A DNA stretch of 64,000 bases from Octopus sinensis (GCF_006345805.1 NC_043000.1:160952001-161016000); one strand, 5' to 3'; numbered from the stretch's first letter, positions 11,918-24,600 are shown. Notes: generated from the letters alone by a model not told the origin. Numbers and translations are program-made.

Positions 11918-12023
11918 CAAAGTCAGAGAGAGAGACAGTGTGTGTATGTGACAGAGAGAGAGTATGTGTGTGTGTGAAAGAGAGAGTGCGCGTGTGTGAG
12001 TGACAGAGAAAGAGAGAGAGAGA

Positions 12024-12055
<32 letters not shown>

Positions 12056-12295
12056 GCGTGTCTGTATGTGTGTGTGCGCGCGCTAGTCGTTGTTGTTTAG
12101 TCACAGGTCAGCATGATCGAAAGGACTTATTAAAACTGTTCACGTCGTGCCCAATTCTTTTATTCTTTTAAAAAAATTGTTTTGGTTTTTCCTTCAGGCA
12201 TGGCACACCTTCGCACCCCCCCCCACACACACGCATGTACATATACATATCTCTTACCATTTATTTTTTTTTTACTTTCAATCAATTTTTACTGC

Positions 12296-12920
12296 TGCCA
12301 TGCTGGGGCACCGCCTTGAAGGGTTCTAGTCGAACAAATCAACCAAGAGACTTATCTTTAAAAGCCTGGTACTTATTTTCTCGGGCTCTTTTGACGAACC
12401 GCTTAATTACGGTGCGTGAATACACTAACACCCGTTGTCGAGTGCTGGTGGCGAACAATCACGGACACAAAGACACGCACACAACGATACATACATAAAG
12501 ACGTATGCGATTGGCTTCTTTTAGTTTCCATCTACGCCTGAGATAATTCTGATGCGATCTCTACTATCTTTTTACTCTTTCATTTTTCTCTCTTTCTCTC
12601 TTTTATTCTTCTACCTCCCCTTCTCCTTCTCTTCTTCTTTTCTAACTTATCCTCTCTCCAATTTTTTCCACCCTCTTTACAGCTCTTTGTCTGTCACTCT
12701 CTCTCCCTCACTCTTCCTCCCTTGCTCAAGTGGTTCCCACGCGACCATCGGCCATCTTTCTTCTCCAAACTTGTGTTTCTTTCTTTCTCTCCGTTGTATG
12801 TATACAATAATTTCATTATTATTATTATAAATCTACTCACAAGGCTTTGGTCCGTCAGAGGCTATAGTAGAAGACACTTACCCAAGGTGCCAGACAGTGG
12901 GACTGTGTGCCTAGAAGCCA
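12296..12920 (-). mobile_element. SINE family A copy interrupted by a nested insertion (~12537-12830)
   Basis: The 3' half (12296-12536) and 5' half (12830-12920) are separated by an inverted copy of the 6000-6310 repeat. Confidence 0.65.
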
Positions 12921-12945
12921 CATACAGAATACTAAAACTACTTTT

Positions 12946-13666
12946 GGGTCTTTTCTGTTTGGCTGCCAAGGTCAATTTCCGTTCGAATTGATTTCATATT
13001 CTATGTAATGATACACTATTATAGGCTAATCAATGCCATGAAAATCATTTTCGCCATAAATTGATAAATATTAAAGTTTGAAAATTTTGGGTAATTTTAG
13101 CCAATCGTAAGCCACAGATACATTCATGTCTGTTTTCATAGTAACAAGCCGAACATGATAACTCTTTTGTTTGCGAGAAAGCACGTGGTGCCAAATATAG
13201 TGAAAGCACTTGTTGACGCCGTGTTCTACTGTTTTACCCACCTGGAAATTTTACTGATCTATTTGATTTCGTTTCTAGATAGATCTCTTATTTTGAGAAA
13301 TATTTAATTTGTAATGTGCTTTTTATCGCATAAAATGCATATTGGAAGCATAAAAATACAAAATACGTGTTGTTAACCCATATTCTGCCCGTAGAATACA
13401 AATATTGACAACATGTGCTATTTATAAGTTGTTGACGAAATGTGCAGCCACGCACAAAATGACAGCTTCCAAATCTTGTTACCTGACTGGCTGAAAATGA
13501 TCAAACTTTAAACTTTTATAATTACTTCTTTTTTTTTTTTATAATTCTGGAAAAAGGGAAATATCTTCAACAATTCATTTTGGAATACTACATTAATGTA
13601 CCAAATTCTAAAATTTTCAATAAATTTTCATTTTTGAAGGCTTGGCAACCAAACAGAAAAGATCCC
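12946..13666. mobile_element. Non-autonomous DNA transposon (MITE-like) with ~25-bp TIRs
   Basis: The left end GGGTCTTTTCTGTTTGGCTGCCAAG matches the reverse complement of the right end CTTGGCAACCAAACAGAAAAGATCCC. The TSD is not clear. Confidence 0.55.
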
Positions 13667-14086
13667 TATTATTTCTGTTAAGTAACTTCCGTCCCTCCTC
13701 CCTCCAATCATTGTCTTAGTGATTTGGGGAAGATTTGGCTGCTATCTCTAAAATGTCACTCGATCACGTAAAGCAGCCATGGGCAAACTGCAGCCTGCGG
13801 AATTTTCTGAATGGCTCATCTAAGGAAAAATTGCATTGAATTTTTCTTCTGGTATTAAGCATGTGTGAAGCGACTCGCTTTTCGAGTAAGGTTGCTTGTG
13901 CCGGACATGAGACACCTTTGTGGTTTTGTTGATGTCGCTGGGAGTTTAAAATGCCATGGCAATGTTTAAGATACAGCACAGAATACGGAGCCAGAACCAT
14001 TCAGCTTGTTGTCCTCTATTTGTCTTGGCTTACGTGAGTTATCAATCAGTTTGTGAAAAACGATGCTTGGTAATATATATAAAATG

Positions 14087-14263
14087 ATATTCTTTTCTAC
14101 TCTAGGCACAAGGTCCGAAATTTTGGGAGAGGAGGCCAGTAGATTAGATCGACCCCGGTGCGCAACTGGTATTTAATTTATCGACCCCGAAAGGATGAAA
14201 GCAAAGTCAACTTCGGCGAAATTTGAACTCAGAACGTAAAGACAGACGAAATACCGCTAAGCA
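14087..14263 (-). mobile_element. SINE family B copy
   Basis: Reverse complement of the family B core (TTTATCGACCCCGAAAGGATGAAAG...). Confidence 0.75.
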
Positions 14264-15464
14264 TATATAAGATAATATAAACACTTTTTGACATTTGAAA
14301 TGCTTCTGTATTTGTATTGTAAGATTTCTGAGGTGAAATCGAATCGTGTCTTGAAACAGATATTGTTGTATTTGGGGATGTTTTTTTTCTTTTTCTTTTT
14401 TTTCAAAATAAACAGGAGACACGTCAGATGAAGAGCCCACGGGATGTGTGATAAAAGATGTCAGAAAACGGACACTAAAATAAGAACAATAATAAAACCG
14501 AAGTAAGGAAAGTGTGTGAAGAAGTGCGTGTGTTTATATGGCGAAAACAAAAACGAAAATGACCATCCTGGAATATAACAGAAATGAAATGAAGGAATGG
14601 AAAAGGATGGGAGAAAAGGAAAGAGTTTTTGTTGACTTTTTAACCTGATTTGAGTATACATAAGAACAGAAAATTCTTGGCTATGCAAGTCCTGACTTTT
14701 CCCAGGTATAGCTTTGCAGGGCATAACTACACATGTGTGGATCCCCGATTTTACTTCCTCATAACTCTCGGAAATATTGAAATTTTTTAATGAAATTTTC
14801 TCCAAATACCTTTCAGATGGATTAGGATTTATATAGGAATTTAATGGGAAAAGAAAAGCAAAAAAAAAATAGAAAGAAAAACTTAGTGGGCGCTCAAACA
14901 TACATACTGACACACATCACACATATATCTATAAAAGCAAACTTGAAATTTTGAAAAATACTTTGTGATGTGTATCAGTCTGTATGCCCCCCCCCACCAC
15001 CACCAGTTGCTTATTTGTATTACGTTAAATTATGATATAATCGAAATCGATACCATCTCAAAGGCAGTTATGAAAAATTTCCTTTAAACATACCCCCGAC
15101 TTCATTTTTCTAAAAGTTATAAGGAAATAAAGTTGACTCATGTGAATTATCCAAAATTCTTCCTACTCGCCTGAACATTTTTTTTCAGAACTAATTCAGA
15201 TTATTTCGGAATCTACTCTACCTGAAAGATGTTTGTTGAAAATTGCTTTAAGCAATATCCATTTTAGAGAATGTTATGAGGAAACAAACCTATGATGAGG
15301 GGGCGCACATATGATATTGTGGGTCATCCACCGTTTCCTTTGTTCTGTAAGTTTGATTTGAGGAAAATTCCATTGTTATTTCGGGCAGGTTAATCAACCA
15401 TGTAGGGATTCACTTGTTGGTTCGAAAGGCGGATGTAGAATGTGACTGCTAATATTATATAGTG

Positions 15465-15570
15465 AGTGAGTGAGTGGGTGGGTGAGTGAGTGAGTGAGTG
15501 AGTGAGTGAGTGAGTGAGTGAGCGAGTGAGTGAGTGAGTGAGTGAGTGAGTGAGTGAGTGAGTGAGTGAG
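15465..15570. repeat. (GAGT)n microsatellite
   Basis: Direct reading. Confidence 0.95.
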
Positions 15571-16146
15571 TATGATAAATCCTACTGTATGAGAGAATGG
15601 ATGTATAAATGAGTGAATATGTGATTCAGAAAACGTGTAGGGAAAAGATAGGAACGTAGAATGGAAGGTTTCAATGACTAAGAAAGCAAGTAATCGAGAT
15701 AGATGATAGCAAAAGTAGGGGAAAACAGAATAAGTGGGGGCAGGAGAAAGAGAGAGAGAGGGGGAGAGTTCTATACAGTGAGTAAAAGAATTAGGGGATA
15801 GGCATTAAAAAAAAGGAGTTGAAGGGAGAGTAAAGGATAACAAGTGGATGAAAAGGAAATGAGCGTTTGAGTGAGAACGAAGAAAGAGAAATAAAATGTG
15901 AATATGAGAAAACGGTGACTAGGAAGAGTTTCGGAAAATTGTCATAGAGACGTGAAGACGCGAGTGGAAGTGAGTGGGTGGGAATGGTTGAGTGTTTGAG
16001 AGGGAGCGGAGGAGGAAGAAAGTTGATAAACAGAAAGACTTGTTTAACGATTCTGTGTATATGTATATGTATATGTGATGTGAATATGTGTGTGTGTGTG
16101 ATGTGAATATGTATGTGTGTGTGATGTGAATATGTATGTGTGTGTG

Positions 16147-16191
<45 letters not shown>

Positions 16192-16444
16192 TGTGTGTTT
16201 GTGGAAGGAGTGGCTCATGAGGCAGAATAGGCAAAAAGAAAAAGACAAAACGAAACGGAAAACGAATCAATAAATTAGAAAGGATAAAATAATTTCACCA
16301 GGAAACGTAAGCAAAGTTATATCAATGCACCTGCGATGTGTATATCTATACGTATGTATATATATAAAAGTGTATATGTGTGCGTGTGTGTAGGTAGGTA
16401 TGTATGTACACACACACACATTTATATATGCATATCTGTGTACT

Positions 16445-16482
<38 letters not shown>

Positions 16483-16685
16483 CACATATATTTATGCACA
16501 TATGTACACATACATATATGTTTATATATATATAATATATATATATATATGTATGTATATATATATATATATATATATATGCATGTATATATATATATAT
16601 ATACATATATATACACACATACATATATAATATATATACATACATATGTATATTACATAGGTAAGTATATCTACATTTCTCACTT

Positions 16686-16740
<55 letters not shown>

Positions 16741-16820
16741 GTATGCTTATGTACAAATACGTACATACATACATATATAATATATATATATATATGTATA
16801 TATATATGTTTGTATATATC

Positions 16821-16851
<31 letters not shown>

Positions 16852-16854
16852 ACT

Positions 16855-16899
<45 letters not shown>

Positions 16900-17297
16900 G
16901 TTTGTATTAAAATATATATATACATATAATATTACTTTATATACAGAATGCACGTAATTAAATTGAATTTCTTACTGTACATCATACATCACTGCATATA
17001 TATTGCAGTGTAATAAATTTTATCTAAATACTTACATAAGTACGTATCTAAACACACTGTAGCGTGCGCGAGCACACACACACTTTTATGTAATATATAT
17101 TGCACTTATATACATTTATATACACAAGACTAATATATAGATAGATAGAGACAGACAGACAGACCGTCCGACATACATACATACATACGTATAAACATAC
17201 ACATATCGTGGATGGAGCCGCGATTTCGACCGAAAGGTGTCAATTATCAATGTTAAATCCACTATTATCGGTCTCACAGACCAATATGTATATATAT

Positions 17298-17332
<35 letters not shown>

Positions 17333-17356
17333 TGGTCTGTATACATACATACATAC

Positions 17357-17424
<68 letters not shown>

Positions 17425-17426
<2 letters not shown>

Positions 17427-18155
17427 GCTATATTTACATACCGAATTCTACCAGTAAATAATTGGGTTTTTTTTAAAAGCCTTTATAGAAATTATTTACT
17501 CTTATTATTATATTACTATTTGGATTTTTCACTCCCTTATGACAACCTAATTGTTCCCCATCTTATGGAACTATTTTTGTAATGCGCATGGCAAAATTTT
17601 GGAGGGAAGATTTACGAATTCAAACGTCTATGTAGGTTTAGCTTTTGCTCACTTTCTTCAAATATTTTGATGTCGCATGGTCAGAAGGTTTGAGGTACGT
17701 AGCATTTGATAAATCTATGATAAATCTTTTTCAATGGAAAGCTGTGCTGAAGAAGGATGTGAAATATATATGCAATGTATATGTAATATATATCAAAAAT
17801 ATATATGGAATATATATTCAATATGTTTATAATCCAGAAACATGATGTTCACAGATAACCGCCAGACTTCGTATTCGTTATCTATTCCTTCTGTTTTGCA
17901 TATGTGAATTGCAGGGTTTGTCATGCCCGGAGTCCAACTTTGATAGAAATAAGCATTCTTGACTGCTATTTCTATTTTTTCGGTATGCGGTCAAGCAACC
18001 TGTTTGCCTGTCCCTTTTTCTTATATACAATATATATACTGAACTTTACAGAAGTTCCTGCCGGTAATCGGCTATATTTACATACCGAATTCTACCAGTA
18101 AATAATTGGGGTTTTTTTAGAAGCCTTTATAGAAATTATTTACTCTTATTATTAT
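17425..18155 (+). mobile_element. ~644-nt non-coding unit with ~90-bp terminal direct repeat and an internal hammerhead motif
   Basis: CGGCTATATTTACATACCGAATTCTACCAGTAAATAATTGGG...CTCTTATTATTA occurs at 17425 and 18069. (TA)n lies on both sides. Confidence 0.7.
17742..17854 (+). ncRNA. Type I hammerhead ribozyme motif with expanded (~73-nt) AT-rich loop II
   Basis: CTGTG-CTGAAGA-A-GGAT-[17759-17831]-ATCC-A-GAAA-CAT-G-ATG-T-T-CACAG. Stem I CTGTG/CACAG, stem II GGAT/ATCC, stem III ACAT/ATGT. Confidence 0.6.
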
Positions 18156-18168
18156 ATATATATATATA

Positions 18169-18862
18169 TTTAGCAATTAAGGACAACTACTTAATAAGGA
18201 AAACTTAACAAGAAATTGTCAGGTAGATAGCGTGAGAACCTCATAAGAGAAAAAATTTCGAAAATAATTATTTCTTATTGAACATATTAATTTATATATA
18301 GAGGGCATTATACATACATGCCAGAAGGCATTATACATACAAGCCACACGCTAAGAGGGACAATTAGTCATTTCTACCAAAAATATTACTAATCCCACCG
18401 AATGCAATTTTTCAAAGTAAGACATTTAAAAGGTTCTCACGCTATCTACCTGACAATTTCTTGTTAAGTTTTCCTTATTAAGTAGTTGTCCTTAATTGCT
18501 AAATTTTTATTCCGAAAAAACTTTTCCCCTCCCGAAATGCAATTCGTAAAAGTTTGCCATTTATCCGGATGTAATATATGTAAACTCACCCATGTGCTTC
18601 GTTGATGTTGATCAGTTAGCTGATCGGCTTAAGCGGGGCAGGGTCGTTGTTTATTTATAATACATTCAGGCCTGCTGAAGAATACGTAAGTATGAAATCA
18701 CTGTGATACAGGTCTATATATTTTTTAAATGTCTTACTTTGAAAAATTGCATTCGGTGGGATTAGTAATATTTTTGGTAGAAATGACTAATTGTCCCTCT
18801 TAGCGTGTGGCTTGTATGTATAATGCCTGCTGGCATGTATGTATAATGCCCTCTATATATAA
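18169..18862. mobile_element. Hammerhead-bearing non-coding unit (~480 nt inferred) inserted as a head-to-head inversion
   Basis: 18169-18241 is the reverse complement of 18431-18503, and 18290-18430 is the reverse complement of 18723-18862. (TA)n flanks. Confidence 0.75.
18668..18715 (+). ncRNA. Canonical type I hammerhead ribozyme motif
   Basis: AGGCCTG-CTGAAGA-ATAC-gtaa-GTAT-GAAA-TCAC-t-GTGA-T-A-CAGGTCT. 7-bp stem I with one G:U, 4-bp stem II with GNRA loop, near-palindromic stem III. Predicted cleavage after AUA (18708). Confidence 0.85.
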
Positions 18863-19126
18863 TTTATATATATATATATATATATAATATATATATATAT
18901 ATGTGTGTGTGTGTATGTATGTATGTATGTATGTATGCATATGTATATGTGTGTGTGTGTATATATATATATATGTGTGTGTGTGTGTATGTGTGTGTGT
19001 GTGTATATAAATATATATATATATATATATATACTTATATTCGCACGGAGCTGCAGGGTGTTGGGCTAATCGTCCGAATCTCTCGACGTACCTTCTTCTC
19101 ATGAGTATGTGTATTTGTGCATGTAT

Positions 19127-19170
<44 letters not shown>

Positions 19171-19354
19171 GTGTGTGTTAGAATATAGTGGGAGGGAATT
19201 AGAAAAAAGGAAGCGAAGACAATGCAAGGAAGTTAGAAATGATCGGCAGAAAGCGGGAAAGACAGAAAGATGGTAAAAATATGAGAAAGAAAAAGAATCA
19301 GTCAATGAAAAGATAGAAATTATATAAGATAATTTCTTCATTTGGCCTCCCTTT

Positions 19355-19365
19355 CTTACTTCTTA

Positions 19366-19405
<40 letters not shown>

Positions 19406-19507
19406 ACACTACTGCTGCTACTACTACTACTATTACTAACACTACTACTACTACTACTATACTACTACTACTACTACTTACTACTACTACTACTAACACT
19501 ACTGCTG

Positions 19508-19540
<33 letters not shown>

Positions 19541-19568
19541 ACACTACTACTACTACTACTAATACTAA

Positions 19569-19599
<31 letters not shown>

Positions 19600-19710
19600 A
19601 CTACTACTACTACTAATAATAATACTACTTCGTATTCTGCTTCTTCTTCTTCTTCTTCTTCTTCTTCTACTACTACTACTACACTACTACTACTACTACT
19701 ACTACTACTA
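19355..19710. repeat. Compound (TAC)/(TGC)/(TTC) trinucleotide repeat
   Basis: Direct reading. Confidence 0.95.
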
Positions 19711-20233
19711 TCCAAAGAAATCGGGCTTCTATGTCCCGTTCAAAACATCCTGTGTTAATTACCTTTCAAAAATGAAATTTCGAAATGGCCAGATTAGAGA
19801 AAGAGAATGGAGAAAGCTAAATCGATTACAATAGATAATCTTTCCCACCTCGCCCCAATCCTTCACATTGTCAGGCAAAGCAGTCCAGTTGCAAGCTGGT
19901 TCGCCAGCCCTATTTTTGTCGAAGCAGAAGAAAAAAGCGAAGAGACCATTGCCGTCACCGTCCCCACTTCACAAATAACAATTTCTCCATTGCCCATAAC
20001 AATAAACCTTGTAGCAGTGTAGCAGGCACGATTCTCTGTGATCATCCCAAGCTGACCAAGAAAAAAAAAAACACCAGAAACAAAAGCAGCAACCACAACG
20101 AGCAGAAAAAAAAGGGAATATTTGCTTCAGGTTGAAAACGAGATCTTCAACAAGCATAAACCATGGCTCTTGATGTCATGATGCTATGTCGTTATTGAAA
20201 GAGGGAGGGAGGTGATTGGTACCATCAGAAGTT

Positions 20234-20450
20234 AGGCGGCGAGCTGGCAGAAACGTTAGCACGCCGGGCGAAATGCTTAGCGGTATTTCGTCTGCCGTTA
20301 CGTTCTGAGTTCAAATTCCGCCGAGGTCGACTTTGCCTTTCATACTTTCGGGGTCGATTAAATAAGTACAGTTACGCACTGGGGTCGATATACTCGACTT
20401 AATCCGTTTGTCTGTCCATGTTCGTCCTCTCTGTGGGTAGTAAAGAAATA
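20234..20450 (+). mobile_element. SINE family B copy with target-site duplication
   Basis: Full head and core. GGTACCATCAGA is present on both sides (20218-20229 and 20451-20462). Confidence 0.85.
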
Positions 20451-20533
20451 GGTACCATCAGAGGTAAGGGTTTTGTACAAATGCGTATATGTTGAAAAAT
20501 AGGAGACTGGAATATACCACACCAGCTCTAACT

Positions 20534-21345
20534 GGAAGTGATATAGATTGTGGTGGGAAAAATGTGATAGGTGGACAACACGGAAGTGATACAGATTATG
20601 GTGGGAAAATGTGATAGGTGGACAACACGGAAGTTATATAGATTGCAGTGGGGAAAATGTGATAGGTGGACAACACGGAAGTGATATAGATTATGGTGGG
20701 AAAATGTGATAGGTGGACAACACGGAAGTGATATAGATTGCAGTGGGAAAAATGTGATAGGTGGACAACACGGAAGTGATATAGATTGTGGTGGGAAAAA
20801 TGTGATAGGTGGACAACACGGAAGTGATACAGATTGTGGTGGGAAAAATGTGATATGTGGACAACACGGAAGTTATACAGATTGTGGTGGGAAAATGTGA
20901 TAGGTGGACAACACGGAAGTGATACAGATTGTGGTGGGGAAAATATGATAGGTGGACAACACGGAAGTGATATAGATTGTGGTGGGAAAAATGTGATAGG
21001 TGAACATCACGGAAGTGATATAGATTGTGGTGTGAAAATGTGATAGGGGGACAACACGGAAGTGATATAGATTGTGGAGGGAAAAATGTGATAGGTGGAC
21101 AACACGGAAGTGATACAGATTGTGGTGGGAAAAATGTGATAGGTGGACAACACGGAAGTGATACACATTGTGGTGGGAAAATGTGATAGGTGGACAACAC
21201 GGAAGTGATACAGATTGTGGTGGGAAAAATGTGATAGGTGGACAACACGGAAGTGATATAGATTGTGGTGGGAAAAATGTGATAAGTGAACAACACGGAA
21301 GTGATATAGATTGTGGTGGGAAAAATGTGATAGGTGGATAACACG
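20534..21345. repeat. 47-48-bp minisatellite, about 17 copies
   Basis: Unit GGAAGTGATATAGATTGTGGTGGGAAAA(A)TGTGATAGGTGGACAACAC, contiguous with no spacers. Confidence 0.95.
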
Positions 21346-21507
21346 ATACAAATGTAGCCATGTGACAAAGTGTGGAGGAGAGATTTAAATCATTACAACA
21401 GCATCTTAAAAGTATTCATAGTGATACTGCTGTGTACCCGTGTGTGGGTTGCGACAGTTCTGTCACCTTACGCAGATCAAACAAGATTGATGTGATTGTT
21501 CTGAGAA

Positions 21508-21832
21508 TATCCTTTTCTACTCTAAGCACAAGGTCCGAAATTTTTGGTGAGGGGGCCAGTCGATCAGATCGATCCTAGTACTTAACTGCTACTTAATTTA
21601 TCGACCCTGAAAGGATGAAAGGCAAAGTCGACCTCGGCGGAATTTGAACTCAGAACGTAAAGGCAGACGAAATGCCTATTTCTTTATTGCCCACAAGGGG
21701 CTAAACACAGATGGGACAAACAAGGACAGACAAAGTCGACTTCGGTGGAATTTGAACTCAGAACATAACGGCAGACAAAATACGGCTACGTATTTCGCCC
21801 GGCGTGCTAACGTTTCTGCCAGCTCGCCGCCT
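21508..21832 (-). mobile_element. SINE family B (two overlapping or partial copies)
   Basis: Reverse complement of the head (…CTGCCAGCTCGCCGCC) and core. Confidence 0.8.
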
Positions 21833-23479
21833 TAATTGTTCGGAGAATGTCATAACCCAGCAAAACTCGATGGGCACGTTCTAAATGCTTGTTACACCTG
21901 AAGATCACAGTGATATTCCCAAAGGATTCTGCAGTGAAGAGTGTAAACAAATGGGGATAATGGTCAAAACAGGAAGAGGAAATGCTAAGCTCGATTGATT
22001 TATTGATCTCTGCATCGAGGGAGAGTGTGTGTGCTTAGTGACGTCCCTTACAGCTACCTACACCACATCCACAGATACGACTAAATACACTGCAAAAACA
22101 ACAACGGCAATAACTGTATGAAAAATCGAGGAACTACAGCAGTCACAACAAAATGCCACCCAAGAAGGAAGACACGGTAAAATACCCTCGTATACAAATC
22201 CAACCAAAATAGTCTTTCTACTATATGCACAATGCCTGAAATTTTGTTGGCAGGGGTTTAGTCGATTACTTCGATTCCAGTACTCAATTCCTACTTGTTT
22301 TATCCACCCCGAAACGAAATGCAAAGTTGACCTCGGTGCCATTAGAATACTGAGCGTAAAGTGAGAAGAAGTGCCACTAAGCATTTCTTCTAGTGCCATA
22401 ACATGTCTATCGGGTCATATCCTTAACTCAAACAAATGATAATGTTTCAAATTTTGGCACTAGGCAAGTAATTTCTGGTGAGCGGTCGGTCGATTACATC
22501 GAAGCAGAGAAAAAGTAGAAAATAAAGGTCGGCTAAATTAGTGTGATATGAGACGGTGAAAACCAGCTCACGATGTCCAAGAACTTGGCAACCCTGAGTC
22601 TCACAAATTAATCAAAGGAACATGAAGAAGTGAAGAAGTTAGTTAACTAGCTAAGAACAACAATAACAACTGTAGCAACAGCATTGGCAAAAAAAAAAAC
22701 AATAACAGCAACATCAGTAGCAACAGCAGCACCAATGGGAGTAAAAATTAAAATAAGAGCAAGGGCCGCTACAATTACAACAACTATTACAATTCTACTC
22801 TAACGACCACAAGAAAAGCGGAAGAGGAAAACAAAAAAAAAAACAAAAGATAGTATAGCAACAATATCAAACATTTCTTTACAATTTCAATGCTGCTCAG
22901 AAGGAGAATAGAAAGTTAATGAAATTCATTTAAAAATAAACAAGGTGGCTATAACAGCCACAACACTAGCAGCAGCAGCTGTAAAAGAAGTAGAAGCGAA
23001 AACCAGAACAAGAACAATATCTATAGCAACAGTGGTAATGAGGCAGACTCAGAAACGGCTACAACTGCCAGAGCAGCAGAGAACAAAACAAGACACAACA
23101 ATAAAAACAAAAACAGCAAAAACAACAATTAACCTTTCACTATTTCGCAGTTAGCCGAAAAGGAAACAGTGAATTAATGAAGTTCTCTCACTAAAACAAT
23201 GTCATAAGACATAGGACAGGTACTCCTCCATTAGACAAAAGTAGGACGACATCAGGGGTCTAAATAGAACTCCTGTAGAGGTTTCCATTCTGTGCAGGAA
23301 ATTTATAAAGTACTCCATGGTAAAGATGCTTTAGAGATACATTGGGATTTCCAGGTCAAACAGCCCTGAAATCCCTGATTATTAGCAGTTGAAACAATAT
23401 ATGTAGCCTTTTCTCACTCTTTGGCAAACCAACATTTTACAATTAGGATTGTGACGTATCTATGTTCGTGGTCTGGGCT

Positions 23480-24600
23480 CAGGGTAGAAGCAGGAGCAGA
23501 GATGTTACCTGAACGATGTTACGTAGCAAAAGCTTAGATCTGGTAGCCATCGGTTACTCCAGTATTTCTGAAACAGATCTACTCTCTTTACTTCTGGTCA
23601 CCTATCATATTATATGTCGCTTTCGGATTGAGTTCTATGAAACTGCTCTTCGCGGAAAGAGAGATCTCAAGATAAACTCAACCCTTTTTAGATCATAGTG
23701 GTTGGACAGTTTATCCGGAACGTGAGTAGTAATTGCTATGCTACATCTTTCAGACCGGCAACCGTCGATACCCCATAGATGGAATACCTCGTTTCTTCAG
23801 CCACCTAGTAGCTTCCCTAGAAACTTCTCGCACATATTAGCGTTATTGGATAACTGAAATGGCGTCTTAAGTGTGTGGAGGTGCTCTGTGGGAGAAATAG
23901 CTATAAAAAGAGTGTATAAGTCCTGCAAAACAGGTCAGGTAATTACGGATGCCTGTTTGATAGTATCCAGGTGATCTGAATACACCAATGTGGAGAGTCA
24001 TTTACGTTATAGTTAGAGTTGTCATTAGCGCTACCTATCTGAATGAGTTATTGATTACGGAGTCCATAAGTTAGTGATCTGTGCAGCCAACTTAAAACAA
24101 AAGTTATTAGTAAGGAGCAGAAGCCTGGAAAGTAAATGCCATATTTCCTGACACAGAAATGTTTAAGAACCAGTTAAGCAAATCAGTTAAGCGGAAATTG
24201 ACACATGTAATTATTAATAACACGTGGTTAGTCTCACTAGAAAGAAAATTCAGAACAGTCTATGCTAGTTTCGGTAAAGACACAGCAATCTTGAACAGAA
24301 GATTTGAGGAAATGCTAGTCAACTGAGTAAAAGCGGACAGAAAAAGCATCGCCTACAACGTATTTACAGCAAAAAAAAAAAAATGAAGCTACCATTCGAT
24401 CTTCGAGGAACTGCACGTGACATGGGCTTCCCAGTTCCAAGTAGCTTGCATACAGTTTTTCATTAAAGGCAGTGAACTAGCGTCAAGAACTTTCCTGCTG
24501 GATTCAGCGGTTATAGGTTCATCGTATAGAGGGTCGATACCAAATATGACTTTGGTAGTGCTTGGTCAATTTAGACCGGTCTAAAGGGTACCGTTACTAC
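23480..24600 (+). pseudogene. Heavily degenerate L1/Tx1-like LINE relic
   Basis: Scattered peptide remnants (LDLVAI; K.NA...FKNQLSKSVKRKLTHVIINNTW; a DQ..-like RT motif near 24560) among many stops. Confidence 0.4.

Noticed and set aside
19750-20180. Compositionally distinct stretch: a ~110-codon start-less plus frame, and a minus-strand AG...GT-bounded segment with a single TGA
   Set aside because: There is no recognisable protein motif, all minus frames contain stops, and no SECIS was seen. It could be a non-coding exon, but RNA-seq would be needed.
20534-21345. CRISPR-like appearance of the 48-bp array (also the 21-bp array at 40746)
   Set aside because: The units are contiguous with no unique spacers, there are no cas genes, and the context is eukaryotic.
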